From contig JAFGEO010000146.1 of the NCBI GenBank assembly GCA_016931575.1, forward strand, positions 55,728-119,727: 64,000 nt of DNA, given 5' to 3'. Below are positions 19,391 through 31,600 of the stretch, in pieces. The DNA is from Bacteroidales bacterium. Lineage in GTDB: Bacteria > Bacteroidota > Bacteroidia > Bacteroidales > UBA10428. The position numbers were made by a program, and so were the translations under genes. The stretch's first letter is position 1; the number at the start of each line of letters is the position of its first letter. Below the pieces are notes generated by a model, which saw only the letters and a program-made list of their open reading frames with translations, had not been told where the DNA came from and searched no databases.

Positions 19391-20203
19391 ATGATTTTTA
19401 AGCAACAAGAGGCCTCCGGGGAGCTCAAGCATCTTATCGAAAAATATACGCTTATCCAGTCAGAAGAGGATGATCAACCCCTGTTCCGGGATCGCTTTAT
19501 TCCGAATGGATATGCAGGACTGGTTTTTAATTTTCAAATACATCATGCCAGGTATTCCGATTTGCCCGGGGAGAACCTTCCCGAAAGCTTTATCGTGCTT
19601 CCGAAACTTAATTCGACCCTTATTGAGATAGGATTACCCATAGAATCCCTGATTGTGCTTTTTAAGACAGCTGTCCTTACCAGGAGCCTGGGACTGAGTT
19701 TGGATCAATCCTCTTCCCGGCCACACATCGGAGCTGATATTTTCGGTGGATATCCCATGTATGATAAACTAAAGGAATTCGACCGGATGGAGGACCGGAT
19801 AGCCTTCTTTGAGTCGTACCTGAAAAAACACTACCCGGTAGCAGGCTATGTGCCGGATGAGATCGATAAAATCTACCATGAAATTATGAGCCTGGCCTGG
19901 AAGCTACCCATTCAGTCCATTGTTTCTGAACATAAAATAAGTTCCCGGACCTTCCGTCGCAATTTTGTCCGGCGAACAGGGATCAGTGCCAAATCCCTGG
20001 CACGTATCGTCAGGGTGAACTACCTCTGGCAAAAAATCAGTTCAGGAGAGTTCACCGACTTCCAGACTTCTGTTTACTTTGGAAATTTTCACGACCAGTC
20101 ACATTTTATTCGTGACTTTAAAATGATCGTAGGTGAAACTCCGAGAGCTTTCTTCTCCCGGAACCTTGAGCAGGTCAGGATAATCAGCGGAACAGATCCG
20201 TGA
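19391..20203 (+). CDS. AraC-family transcriptional regulator (DUF6597-type N-terminus)
   Basis: SSRTFRRNFVRRTGISAK and FHDQSHFIRDFKMIVGETP HTH motifs. Confidence 0.9.
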   Translation: MIFKQQEASGELKHLIEKYTLIQSEEDDQPLFRDRFIPNGYAGLVFNFQIHHARYSDLPGENLPESFIVLPKLNSTLIEIGLPIESLIVLFKTAVLTRSLGLSLDQSSSRPHIGADIFGGYPMYDKLKEFDRMEDRIAFFESYLKKHYPVAGYVPDEIDKIYHEIMSLAWKLPIQSIVSEHKISSRTFRRNFVRRTGISAKSLARIVRVNYLWQKISSGEFTDFQTSVYFGNFHDQSHFIRDFKMIVGETPRAFFSRNLEQVRIISGTDP

Positions 20204-20501
20204 TCTGCCATGGATAGTAAGTTTACAGAAAGAAAATCCATTCCCCCTGTTTTCATGAATCACTGATCCCATCATTCCTGCTTTTCAAAAGACCTGCTGA
20301 CTGGTGGACATCAAGGTGGAAAGATGATCACCACAAGTGATGATGAAGGGAAATCAGAGAAAATTATTCTTTGTTTAGAGGTATTGAACTCCGAACCATC
20401 TGCGGAGCATCTCTAAACATCTTAACAAATAAACAGCTAAACAAATGTTCAGGACTAATGGCAGGCAGCATTTCCTCCCTTCCCAACTTCAAACATTGAT
20501 C

Positions 20502-22784
20502 CTACTTCACAAAGACCTTCCTTAGCTGGATCCCCTCATCGCTTTTCACCCTTACCAGGTAGGTGCCTGCATTCAGCATGCTCATATCCACGATCCGGCT
20601 ATTTGCCCCGGTCTGTTGCACAAGGACACCGGTGATGCCGTATACCTCGATGCCCTGAATAGCTGCATCGGTTGCTATGTGCAGGTAATCGGACACCGGA
20701 TTCGGGTACAGGGTCAGATCAGACCATTCAACAACAGGTACCGGAGTGGTATCATCGGGGCTAGCGTAGGCAATGCTCATATAGTAGAGGTTTGCCACAT
20801 CGCCCTTGGTGATTTCGTAATACCCGGCGGGTATCGTCAGGGTGAGTATGCCGTCAGTTATGTAATGGTCTGTGCCATTTATCTTTATCACTCCGGAAAA
20901 ACCTTCGTTGAACACCAGCGTGAGTACTGCTTCCTCCTGGGTAGTACATGCAATAAGGGTAGCCGACTCGATCTTCAGGCACTGAGTGAGTGTCAGTCCG
21001 GCATAGCTAACCGTTCCCTTGGAATCGGACAGGTTGCCTGAAATGCTGAAGAAGGTATTTGATGTGCCCGACAGGGTGAAATTGTGAACCATATCGGCAG
21101 AATCAACCACAGTGGCAGTGTCCGAAGGATCCCCCGGATCCACGCTTCCATTTCCGGTACTGTCGCCCTGGACCGAAACCAGGCTGGTCTGGTAAGCTAC
21201 CAGGGCCGCCTTCAGGCTGGCATCCACATCGTAGGAAGGATCATCCACAGCATTGTTAAAGGTCCAGTGGAAGTCACCTCCATAAACACGTCCGGCATAG
21301 GCCATCACTTTGTCTCTTGCCTCCAGGGGACTGTCAGCCATATAGCTGTACATGATCCCTTCATTTGTATCGAAATTATTATAAGTATTGCTACCCTGGA
21401 AGGATAATACAGTATCCCCTATCAGCTCGTCTCGGCCCGAAACCACATAGGCATCAAAATCAATTTTGGAATCCGGGAATCCGTTGGCACCATAGGCGAC
21501 AAAGCGCTGCTGCCCGGTCATGAAATTATTGCAGGCCTTGATGATCCCCCCATCCTCTTTGGAGAAAGTCGGCAGGTTGACATAATCATTCACCTGGAGG
21601 TCCTCATCGAACACATCTGAGCCCTGCATCGAAATCAGCATAGGGTATTTACAGTTCCGGAAGTAGTTCCCTTCGACAAAAACGGAGGATGCATTCGTAG
21701 AACCCACGCCATACTTGGAGTTCCCGTCGTAGTAGTTATTGTAAACATGCACACTATGGCTCCGCACGCGGGGATGGCGGCTGTCCGAATGATCGTACCA
21801 GTTATGGTGGTAGGTAAGGTACTCCGGATCCTCGATGCCATTACCCAGGAGGTTCGACTTCCCGGAATCCCAGAAATGGTTGTAGGAGATGGTCACATAG
21901 CCCGATGTTTTCGCATCGAGCGCCCCGTCGCCTTTCAGCTGGTCGGCATCGCTGCCGGCATGGCCATAAAAGAAATCGCAGTGGTGGACCCAGATATACT
22001 CATTATTTTGCTGCAGACCGATGTTATCGCCTTCTTCACTGTCGCAGTTCATGAGCCCGATATTCCGGATCTCGATAGTTGAGGCATTCTTCACGCGGAT
22101 CCCCCATCCGTCAGCTACCGCATCATCGCCGATACCTTCGAAGGTGATAAAACCCGAAGCATTGTTGCTGTTTTCAATAACAATATCGCCTTTATCCATG
22201 TAATCCAGGTCGGTAACCTGGCCCACGAGTCGAACAATCAGGGGGCGGTTGTCATCCCCCTTTTTAAAGCCTTCGAGGATGGTTTGTAATCCCACACAGG
22301 GATTTGCATTGGCCCCGGTCACTTCCAGGGATATGGTATTCTTTGAATTTTCAGTGATGTATAAAATTACGGCGCCGCTTTTTGGTGTGCCATCGGCCTT
22401 GTAGGCCCCGGGAACCCTGCTGTTCGAAAAGGCAAAACCTGAACGATCGTGGGCCTCCACAGTGATAGCACCAGTCTGGCTGCCCTCCCCTTCAACCCCT
22501 TCTGTAAGGGGTACTACGGTCATGGTATACGAGCCTGCCTTCAGCCCCGGGATATCGGCACGGAAATAACTTCCGTACCCGCGGATCAGCTGGTCATCGA
22601 TGAGTTGATCGGTGATCCCTTCCCCGCTATAATAAACGTGATAGCTGTCGGCAGTTTCCACCGGCTCCCACTTTACAAATGCACTTTCCAGCCATCCGCC
22701 AGATTCCGTTATGACAACAGCCTGTGCCCGGCCATACATCGGGACTACCGTCAGGAGAAGAATTATCAGTGTCTTTTTCATCAT
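20502..22784 (-). CDS. PL1 pectate lyase with probable CBM77 and T9SS sorting domain
   Basis: WVHHCDF, DGALD, TYHHNWY, SRHPRVR and HVYNNYY PL1 motifs; LYPNPV...GTYLVRV tail; signal peptide. Confidence 0.9.
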   Translation of the reverse strand: MMKKTLIILLLTVVPMYGRAQAVVITESGGWLESAFVKWEPVETADSYHVYYSGEGITDQLIDDQLIRGYGSYFRADIPGLKAGSYTMTVVPLTEGVEGEGSQTGAITVEAHDRSGFAFSNSRVPGAYKADGTPKSGAVILYITENSKNTISLEVTGANANPCVGLQTILEGFKKGDDNRPLIVRLVGQVTDLDYMDKGDIVIENSNNASGFITFEGIGDDAVADGWGIRVKNASTIEIRNIGLMNCDSEEGDNIGLQQNNEYIWVHHCDFFYGHAGSDADQLKGDGALDAKTSGYVTISYNHFWDSGKSNLLGNGIEDPEYLTYHHNWYDHSDSRHPRVRSHSVHVYNNYYDGNSKYGVGSTNASSVFVEGNYFRNCKYPMLISMQGSDVFDEDLQVNDYVNLPTFSKEDGGIIKACNNFMTGQQRFVAYGANGFPDSKIDFDAYVVSGRDELIGDTVLSFQGSNTYNNFDTNEGIMYSYMADSPLEARDKVMAYAGRVYGGDFHWTFNNAVDDPSYDVDASLKAALVAYQTSLVSVQGDSTGNGSVDPGDPSDTATVVDSADMVHNFTLSGTSNTFFSISGNLSDSKGTVSYAGLTLTQCLKIESATLIACTTQEEAVLTLVFNEGFSGVIKINGTDHYITDGILTLTIPAGYYEITKGDVANLYYMSIAYASPDDTTPVPVVEWSDLTLYPNPVSDYLHIATDAAIQGIEVYGITGVLVQQTGANSRIVDMSMLNAGTYLVRVKSDEGIQLRKVFVK

Positions 22785-23450
22785 GCGACTACCTGTAATT
22801 TGTTTTGTTGGAGCGGATATCAGTTATGCCAAAAATAAGAATAAATCAGCCTTTTCCATATATGAAGAATTGGCCTCCAGAGCATTTCGATTTACGCAGG
22901 TTATTGATACCATATCAGAAAATGTTCAAATCGCACAACCTATTCAACAAATAGTATGCTTTGTGCACCGTCAGCTGGGCAGCTTGTTTTTTTTATACTG
23001 ACGTTAACGGGAATTACTGTTTGCCTGGTTAGATTTGGGATTGCCGGAGGGAATTAATATGTTTTCCGGGACAATTTAAGGCTTTCCTGAGAGGGTATTC
23101 TCTTATGCCGGAGAGATGGAATACAGTGCGATAGCAGGTTCTGAGGATGAAGAATCTGAGGTCGGATCTCGGATAAGTTGTGGCTAACTCCGGGGGAAAT
23201 TTTAATTGCGGATCATGGAAAGATATCCTTCTGTAGGATGCCGGAGTGTACACCAAGAGCAGTGTGAGTTTTGAGAGCGGGTTTTCTGTGTCCAAAGATT
23301 TATCGATTCAAGCCAATTAGGGTCAATCCTTTAACTGAATAAAAAATCTTATCTTAGGGATTGATACCCGTACAATTAAAAATAAGGGGTACCATCCTGA
23401 ATCGCCATGTTGTTACAAAGTATTTAATAATCTATACCCAGACTGAGACG

Positions 23451-25121
23451 ATGCATATAAAAACTAAAAATTATCTGAAAACCAGCCTGTTGCTGTTGGT
23501 CCTGTTTGCCTTCTTTTCCTTCAATCCAGGAGATAACAAGGATAACTGTATGGATAACCAACAACTATTCATAGGAGATACCATTGCCATAGCACAAACA
23601 AAATACGGAAAAGTCCAGGGTTTTATCCTGCGCGACATCTACAATTTCAGGGGAATTCCCTATGGAGCCAGTACTGCAGGTGAGAACCGCTTTATGCCTC
23701 CAAAGGAACCCGAAGCCTGGGAAGGGGTGTTGCCCGCTCTTTGGTGGGGTAATTCTGCACCTCAAATCATGGAGGACCGTTACGCCAATGCCATATCATC
23801 CTTTACGGATCACTGGAACTACGATGATGTGAGTGAAGATTGCCTGAAGCTGAATGTCTGGACTCCGGCCCTGAACGATGGTAAGAAAAGACCTGTCCTG
23901 GTCTGGTTGCACGGTGGAGGTTATACCAATGGAAATGGAATTGAACAGGATGGATATAATGGAGAAAATTTAAGCCGTAAGGGTGATATCGTTTTTGTGT
24001 CGATCAACCATCGCCTGGGTCCCATTGGCTTTTCTGATCTCTCGGCTGTCGGCGGAAAAAAATATGCTAACTCCGGCAATGTCGGGGCACTCGATATGGT
24101 TGCCGCACTTCAATGGGTAAATGAAAATATAGCCCATTTCGGTGGCGACCCGAATAATGTCACCATCATGGGGCAGAGTGGAGGTGGCGCAAAAGTATGT
24201 GTACTTGCTGCTATGCCTGCCGCTAAAGGATTGTTCCATAAAGCGGTACCCTTGAGCGGCTCAGGCACCAGTGCTAAAAATCAGGTTGATTCGCGTAAGG
24301 TGGGGGAGTATATCCTTGAAGAGGCCGGGCTGGAACCTTCTGAAATCGATAAGCTGCAGGAAATGCCCTGGGGAGAGTATATCGCCATCGCCAATAAAGC
24401 CTCGCAACGCTATATACAGGAAAAAGGAATTACGAATTTCTTCCGAGCCGGCTTCGGCCCTGTTGCCGATGGCATTAACCTTCCCGAGGGAGATTTCTAT
24501 ACCGATGAATTGTCATCGGATATTCCCATGTTGCTGAGTACAACCTTTCATGAATGGTCTGTTTCGCGCTTCATGCCGGAACAGGAGAATATCAACAAAG
24601 AAAAAGCCATTGAAAGCCTGAGCCAGCGTGCCGGTTTTGGTGGCGGCCTGGGCGATAAGGCCCCTGAGGTCTATGAGGCCTATGCCAAAGCATTCCCTGA
24701 TGCCAAACCGGTAGAGATCATGACGCTTATCAGCAGCAACCGCCAGGGGGTAATTGCGACTGCCAATGCAAAGGCACTGCAGGATGCCCCGGTGTATTTA
24801 GCCTGGTTTGGCTGGGAGCCGCCCCTGTTTGATAACCGGATGCGTGCCTTTCACTGCCTGGATATCAGCTTTTGGTTTTACAACACCGACCTGATGCTGA
24901 GCCATACCGGTGGCGGAGCACGTCCGCGCGCACTATCCGAAAAAATGTCAGATGCACTGCTTCAATTCATGAAAACCGGCAATCCCAGTGTGCCGGGCAT
25001 CCTGGAATGGCCTGAATATACCATTGAAAAGGGCGAAACCATGATCCTGAATGACGAATGTGAAGTTAAGAATGACCCTGACAGAGAAGCCAGGAGATCA
25101 TTAGAATCAGTGGAGCTATAG
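23451..25121 (+). CDS. Type-B carboxylesterase (COesterase / pNB-esterase family)
   Basis: FRGIPYG, SEDCLKLNVWTP, HGGG oxyanion hole, GQSGG nucleophile, AFH; signal peptide. Confidence 0.93.
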   Translation: MHIKTKNYLKTSLLLLVLFAFFSFNPGDNKDNCMDNQQLFIGDTIAIAQTKYGKVQGFILRDIYNFRGIPYGASTAGENRFMPPKEPEAWEGVLPALWWGNSAPQIMEDRYANAISSFTDHWNYDDVSEDCLKLNVWTPALNDGKKRPVLVWLHGGGYTNGNGIEQDGYNGENLSRKGDIVFVSINHRLGPIGFSDLSAVGGKKYANSGNVGALDMVAALQWVNENIAHFGGDPNNVTIMGQSGGGAKVCVLAAMPAAKGLFHKAVPLSGSGTSAKNQVDSRKVGEYILEEAGLEPSEIDKLQEMPWGEYIAIANKASQRYIQEKGITNFFRAGFGPVADGINLPEGDFYTDELSSDIPMLLSTTFHEWSVSRFMPEQENINKEKAIESLSQRAGFGGGLGDKAPEVYEAYAKAFPDAKPVEIMTLISSNRQGVIATANAKALQDAPVYLAWFGWEPPLFDNRMRAFHCLDISFWFYNTDLMLSHTGGGARPRALSEKMSDALLQFMKTGNPSVPGILEWPEYTIEKGETMILNDECEVKNDPDREARRSLESVEL

Positions 25122-25307
25122 GCAAAGCTTTGCTAATACATTCCGGGTGGCTTATCAGGTAGGGAGCCTGATAGCTTAAACAGCCATTCGGGATTTGATC
25201 TGATCAAGCATTTACCCTATTCTTTGGGGCCAGGAATCAGGCATAAAAAGGAAAATATCCCCAAAATCATTTAAATAGTAACTTTAGAATACAAAAATCA
25301 ATTTAAC

Positions 25308-26891
25308 ATGAACAAGATAAAATACATGGCATGCTTAATGGTGGCTTTTACACTTTTTGCCTGTGCCCCTGAAGTAAAAACCTTTGATGACATAGTAAAT
25401 ACTGCTGAAGGAAAGGTGAAAGGCACCCGGAACAAGGATAATGGGATTGCGGTATTTAAGGGAATCCCCTATGCTGCCCCTCCGGTGGGTGATTTGCGGT
25501 GGAAAGCTCCGCAGGCCCATGATGCCTGGGAGGGCGAACTGAACTGCACCAACTTCGGACCAGCAGCCATGCAAGCCGATCCTCAACCATTCTACATGTG
25601 GACCGAGGAATTTATAGCACCTGCCAGGCGAATGAGTGAAGACTGCCTGTACCTGAACATTTGGACAAAGGCAACTTCTCAGGTTGAAAAACTGCCGGTG
25701 ATCGTTTACATACATGGCGGGGCATTTACAAGTGGTTCAGGTGCAGTTCCTGTTTATGATGGTGAGGCCATGGCCAAAAAAGGGATCGTCTTTGTAACCA
25801 TCAACTACCGGCTCGGAATATTTGGTTTCCTGGCGCATCCCGAACTGACGGCGGAATCACCTCACCATGCCTCCGGAAATTACGGTCTGCTCGACCAGGT
25901 GGCTGCTTTAAGGTGGATCAGGAAGAATATAACGGCTTTCGGCGGCAATCCTGATAATGTGACCATTGCCGGGCAGTCGGCAGGAGCCTTCAGCGTAAAC
26001 TTTCTCGTGGCTTCACCCCTTGCCAAAGGGCTGTTTCACCGGGCTATTGCAGAAAGTGGAGGTGCTGTTTTGCCAACCGATACCTGGGCAAGAACGAACA
26101 CCCTGGAACAAGCTGAGAAATCAGGTGCAGAATTTACCGCTCATCTGAATGCAGCCAGTATTAAAGAGCTCCGGGCAATGCCTTCCAAAGACCTGATCAA
26201 GGAGCAGTATGCCTCCGGAGCCATCATTGACGGCTATTTTCTGCCCGAACCGATGCAGGAGATCTTCGCACAGGGCAAACAAAATGATGTACCTGTATTA
26301 CTGGGCTGGAATGAGGATGAGGGGCTTTTCGGCGGACCATTTTTTGATGCACGAACCTTTAAAAGTAAGGTGCAGGATAAGTATGGTGACCGGACCCGGG
26401 AATTTCTGGAGGTTTTCCCGGCAACGACAGACGAGGAAGCTAAAAGATCCCAGGTAAAACTGGGAGTTCAGACTACATTCGGACTGCAGGGCTTTGCCTG
26501 GATGGTCCTGCAGAATGAAACCGGAAATCAACCTGTATATCAGTACCTTTTCACCCAAAAAGTCCCCTATGGCAGTGGGCAGGAGGATTTCGGCGCCTTT
26601 CATTCCGGGGAGATCGCATATGCCTATGGCAACCTTGACAAGTCGGCAGTCCGCCCCTGGACAGAAGCAGATTACCAGCTGGAGAAGACCATGTCTGCGT
26701 ACTGGGCACAATTTGCCCGGACGGGAAACCCAAACTTTAAAGGGGCCCCGGAATGGTATCCCTGCAAGGCCCCGGAATACCAAACGATGATTTTGAAGGA
26801 GGATCCGCATCAGTTAACTCTACCGGATTTGGAACAACTTGACTTTTTATTTGATTTCTATTCGGAAAAGCTGGCACAACCGAAAAAGTAA
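25308..26891 (+). CDS. Type-B carboxylesterase lipoprotein
   Basis: FKGIPYAAPPVGDLRW, SEDCLYLNIW, HGGAF, GQSAG, GAFHSGE; lipobox LFAC. Confidence 0.93.
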   Translation: MNKIKYMACLMVAFTLFACAPEVKTFDDIVNTAEGKVKGTRNKDNGIAVFKGIPYAAPPVGDLRWKAPQAHDAWEGELNCTNFGPAAMQADPQPFYMWTEEFIAPARRMSEDCLYLNIWTKATSQVEKLPVIVYIHGGAFTSGSGAVPVYDGEAMAKKGIVFVTINYRLGIFGFLAHPELTAESPHHASGNYGLLDQVAALRWIRKNITAFGGNPDNVTIAGQSAGAFSVNFLVASPLAKGLFHRAIAESGGAVLPTDTWARTNTLEQAEKSGAEFTAHLNAASIKELRAMPSKDLIKEQYASGAIIDGYFLPEPMQEIFAQGKQNDVPVLLGWNEDEGLFGGPFFDARTFKSKVQDKYGDRTREFLEVFPATTDEEAKRSQVKLGVQTTFGLQGFAWMVLQNETGNQPVYQYLFTQKVPYGSGQEDFGAFHSGEIAYAYGNLDKSAVRPWTEADYQLEKTMSAYWAQFARTGNPNFKGAPEWYPCKAPEYQTMILKEDPHQLTLPDLEQLDFLFDFYSEKLAQPKK

Positions 26892-26963
26892 TTGCCACAA
26901 GCTTCATTACTAAGGAATTACGACTGACAGAATATTCTCAGGACCTCTGGAAGACTGAACAAA

Positions 26964-26999
26964 AATATAGCCCGGCTACCGAAGTAGCGGGCCATATTT
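26964..26999. terminator. Hairpin between convergent esterase and susD genes
   Basis: AATATAGCCCGGCTAC-CGAA-GTAGCGGGCCATATT inverted repeat. Confidence 0.5.
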
Positions 27000-27060
27000 C
27001 CATTAATCCTAATCTATAATTTTTCTAAACTCTGCCTGGGATAAAGCAGGTAATTACCTG

Positions 27061-28605
27061 CTAGTATCCTTCATTCTGGGGTACTCCACAGAGATCTACG
27101 GTACTCTGCGGAATAGGCCAGCGAACATGATGTGGCAGCATATTTGCACCCACTTCAGGACTTCCCATTTGAACCCGTTCACGGAGAATACCCAGACGTT
27201 TCAGCATAGGATATCTTCTACCCTCATGCCCCAGTTCACGGGCATGTTCTTCCAGCAGGTTTTCTTCGTTCAGGGCAATAGGATCCTGACCAGCCCGGGC
27301 ACGAATAGCATCAAGCAGCTCCTGACCCCGGGTCAGATTAGTTCCTGAACGCAAATATCCTTCAGCAGCAATGAGGTAAGCCTCTGAATACCGGTACTGT
27401 ATAACATTTTTCCAGCCTATGGCATCGTCTGTCACCCTGCCAAGTCCATCACCTTCCCAGTACTTTTTTGTAGTTGGTGCAATGACGAGCGCCCCGAAGC
27501 CACCCACTTCCACCATATTTTCAACGGTAACGGTATCACCAATCTGAACGCCTTCAGGCAGGGGATCGTCCGGAATATCAACATCGTATATCCAGTAACG
27601 TTTATGCCAGGCCTCAAGCCGAAGATCGTCTTCATTGAACAGGGACCAGTAATATTCCGTTGGCAGCATGCGACCATAGGGGCGGCCACCCTGATCAAAG
27701 CTTCTGGCAACACCATTACAGCGGTCGTACATGGGTGTCAGGCATGGAGCCAATTGCTGTCCGTAGGTATCGCTACCCTTGGAAAACTGCCATGAGAAGA
27801 TAATCTCCCGGTTGTCCTGGTAGCTCTCAGAAAAAATCTGGTCGAGTGCTGCAAAACCATACGCTCCGTCACCAATTACATCCTCGGCAAGTTCTGCAGC
27901 CCCGGTCCAGTTTTCGAGATCCAGGTATACCAGCGATAATAGATGACGGGCAACTCCCTTGGATACTTTCCCCCTGCTGACAACATCGTTTGATTCGGGA
28001 AGCAGGTCAATTGCCGAACTCAAATCGGAGACAATAAGATCATAAACATCCTCTCTTGACGCAAGGGTGTAGGTTTGTTCGGGATCATTGTACACTTTGT
28101 CGGCCAGAATAATATTATCCCAGTAGGTAATGAGGGTATGGTGAAAATAGGCTCTGAAAAACAGGGCTTCGCCCAGCACGGTATTTTTCCGTTTAACCTC
28201 AGGGGCACTCTGCTCGTTTATTTCAACAGCATCGATACCCTCAATGATGGTATTAGCACGATTCAAACCGGCATAATAGATATTCCAGATTCTCCTGATG
28301 CCGGAATTGCTGGCATCAAACGAAGTGAAGTATGACATTCCTTCCCATACAGCATCGCGTATAGATCCTTCCCTGATAATGTCGGTATCGAAAATTTTGA
28401 AGAAAGAGATATCAAAATCATTATATGTAGATCTGCCTCTTTCATAAACGCCCAGAATTGCCCCTTCCAAACCATCGAGTGAAGTGATCGCTTTGCTAAA
28501 GGTCAGTTTATCCCGGGGTTCGGTATCCAGAAAATCGTCAGAGCAGGCAATGAGCAGTGACAATACGATGAATGTCTTTAAGATATGTTGAGTTATTCTT
28601 TTCAT
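27061..28605 (-). CDS. susD: SusD/RagB-family glycan-binding lipoprotein
   Basis: Lipobox LIAC-SDDFLD; GEALFFRAY, YRYSEAYL, ERELGHEG-like and PIP...QNEGY motifs. Confidence 0.93.
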   Translation of the reverse strand: MKRITQHILKTFIVLSLLIACSDDFLDTEPRDKLTFSKAITSLDGLEGAILGVYERGRSTYNDFDISFFKIFDTDIIREGSIRDAVWEGMSYFTSFDASNSGIRRIWNIYYAGLNRANTIIEGIDAVEINEQSAPEVKRKNTVLGEALFFRAYFHHTLITYWDNIILADKVYNDPEQTYTLASREDVYDLIVSDLSSAIDLLPESNDVVSRGKVSKGVARHLLSLVYLDLENWTGAAELAEDVIGDGAYGFAALDQIFSESYQDNREIIFSWQFSKGSDTYGQQLAPCLTPMYDRCNGVARSFDQGGRPYGRMLPTEYYWSLFNEDDLRLEAWHKRYWIYDVDIPDDPLPEGVQIGDTVTVENMVEVGGFGALVIAPTTKKYWEGDGLGRVTDDAIGWKNVIQYRYSEAYLIAAEGYLRSGTNLTRGQELLDAIRARAGQDPIALNEENLLEEHARELGHEGRRYPMLKRLGILRERVQMGSPEVGANMLPHHVRWPIPQSTVDLCGVPQNEGY

Positions 28606-28629
28606 TTTACCAGTTTTTTGATGATCCGT

Positions 28630-31600
28630 CTAGAATGTAATATGGGTACCGATTGTCCAGTTTCTGGTGATTGGGTAAGGTCCCGAGCCCATCTCCGGAC
28701 TGTAAGCATCCATGTAATCGGTGAAGTACCTGAGGTTATTCCCCCGCAGATAAAGCTGCATGGCAGATATTTTGGCCCTGTCAGCAAGTTTCCCGGGAAT
28801 AGCATAACTCAGTGATACATTCCTTAAAGCAATGTACGATGCATCGCGGACCCTGACTGCATCAGGATAATCATACCCGCGACCAGCCCGCGGTTGCGGA
28901 AAAACATTGGTTGGATTATCGGGAGTCCAGTAATCCACCACAACGGAATTGCTTCGTCCATCAAGGTTCCCATAGAAGGTATTGATTTTGGTTACACCCT
29001 GAACCGCTTCGAACAGTATGGTCAGATCAATTCCTTTATAGCTGAAAGTATTTCTCAGACCTCCATACCAATCGGGAGTCGGATTGCCAAGGAAGGTACG
29101 GTCGTCCATGGTAATTAGACCATCGCCATCCACATCCCTGATTTTTGGGAATCCCGCAGAGTAATAGGCTTTATCAGGATGCATTGTTGCAGCGAGCTCT
29201 TCCTCACCAATCTGGTAAACTCCTACATAATCCAAATTATAAATCTCATCAATATCCTGGCCGATAAACCATCCGTTGGCTACATCATCCACCAGGTTAC
29301 CATCGGCATCAACCGCATCATTCAGGCGGATAATCTTATTTCGGTCACGGGCCCAGTTTGCACTGATTTCCCATTTGAACACGCTGTTAATGACCAGGTA
29401 ATTCAGGTTGATCTCAATTCCCTTGTTTTCCGTCTCACCAATGTTACTGACCATATCAGAGAATCCGGTTACCGGAGGGATCAACCGATCCAGGATCAGC
29501 CCGATGGTATTGGTCTTGTAGACATCGACTGAACCGGTAAGCCTGTAGTTCAGGATCGCAAAATCGATACCTGTATTAAACTGCTGGCTGGTTTCCCAGT
29601 GCAGGTATTCGCTGGGCAGGTTACCGGATGTCAAGCCTGAATATACCTCTTCGCTAAAGGGATAGGAAACATTATCTGTTGTAGCTATATACCCGTAGGT
29701 AGCAATCCGATCGTTTCCCATCCGTCCCCAGCTGACCCTGTATTTCAACGAATTGATAAAGTCAACATTCTGCATGAAGGACTCATTGTTAACATTCCAG
29801 GCAAATGATACCGATGGAAACATCCCCCATCTGTATTCCGGCCCAAAAACACTGGAGCCATCATAGCGGACAGTTCCGGTAAATACATACCTTCTGTCAT
29901 AACTATACCCCAGCCGGCCTACATAATAAATATTCCGCCATTCATCGGTAGTATAAATGATTCGGCGGTAATCCAGTTCAGAAGTATTAATTGAATTATA
30001 CGATAGAAGATCGGTTGCCGTAGCTGCACCACTAACTTCCATCCTGTCGGTTTCGTAGGCCTGAATTCCATATACCAGGGTCAGGTCCAGCTTATGTTTC
30101 TTAAAATCCTTTATATAGCTAAGAATATTGTCTAACAGATAGGTTATGGGCTGACTGTGCCACATAATCATGCTATTATTTCCAGGTTCATCGCTTAGGG
30201 TTGAAGAGTTATAGATCGAAGAGGTAAAACGATAGTAACGTTCATGCCTTTCTTCGGCAGAGGCATTAAGTCTGTAGGTAAATCCCTCAAAGGGAGTGAT
30301 CTCTATATAAGGATTGAAGAGTACCCGGCTTGTGATGCGATCGGTCTCTGATTCCCTGTACTTATACAAGGGGTTGTAATCAAACTGATCGCCACGTACG
30401 GTCGGAACCAGCTCATTATTTTCATTGTATAATCGTCCGAGCGGTGTATTGTGCAGAAAATCGGTAAAGTCCGGATCTCCCTGTGGAGATTCTACTGCCC
30501 GGTTTCCGGTTTCATCAGCGATTGACCTGGACATTTGGGCGCGTGCCCCGATCTTTATAAACTTATAGGGTTGATAATCTGCATTTAACCTGAACGAATA
30601 ACGATCATAGGAAGAATACTGCACGATACCATCTTCAAGATAGGCATCCCCGTTAAGGTAAAAAGAGATCTTATCCGTACCCCCTGAGAGAGAAACGCCG
30701 GCATTGGTTACCTGTCCGGTTCTGAGAATGACATCGTGCCAGTCAATTTGCTGTACGCCATCCGGATTGGTATAGTTGGCATATTCGATGGCATCCGTCA
30801 AAACCGCTTCCAGGTTATTGTTCAATCCCATACCTGCAGCAGCATCCATTTTGAGCTGGACATATTGGTCGGCATCCATCAGGTTCAATTCATGGATGAG
30901 GTTGGTATATCCTTTTGAGATAGATACATCCAGCATAGGTTTACCTTTATTTCCTGATTTAGTGTTAACCAGGATAACTCCATTGGCACCCCTTGCTCCG
31001 TATATTGATGCCGCAGCGGCATCTTTCAGGATATTTATTGATTCAATATCGCTGTTGCTTAATTCCGCCAGGTTTCCACCGGTAGACGGAACACCATCAA
31101 TAACAATCAGTGGTTCGTTGCTGCTATTCAGGGAATTTTTTCCTCTTATCAGAAACTCAACTCCAGAACCGGGCGCACCGCTGGAGCGTGTCATCCGTAA
31201 GCCGGGCACCTGGCCACGCATGGCCTCGATCATATTCGGAACCGGCGCTTTATTGAGCTCATCAGTCTTAAGGGATGAAATGGCACCCGTGACATTTGTT
31301 TTATCCATGGTCCCATATCCTATTACCACAACCTCCTCGAGACTTTCAATATCGGGAACCAGGAGAATCTCAATGCTTGTCAGTCCGGTAATACTCACCT
31401 CTTCCTGGATATACCCGATATAAGAAACCAGAATCGCAGCTTCTCCATCAGGAACGTTCAGGTTGAAATTCCCGTTGATATCGGTGATCGTACCCAGAGA
31501 GGTACCTTTAATCATAACGTTGGCACCAATAATGGTTTCGCCCGTCTCAGCATCTTTGACAGTTCCGGAGACAGGATGTTGTTGCTGAGAAGTATTCGCG

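Noticed and set aside
20372-20420. Nested inverted repeat (TGTTTAGAG...CTCTAAACA) as a possible structured ncRNA
   Set aside because: Sits between convergent genes and is adequately explained as a terminator-type hairpin.
23029-23295. 88-aa minus-strand ORF between the PL1 and esterase genes
   Set aside because: TTG start and no recognisable motif; could be real or a remnant but cannot be supported by eye.
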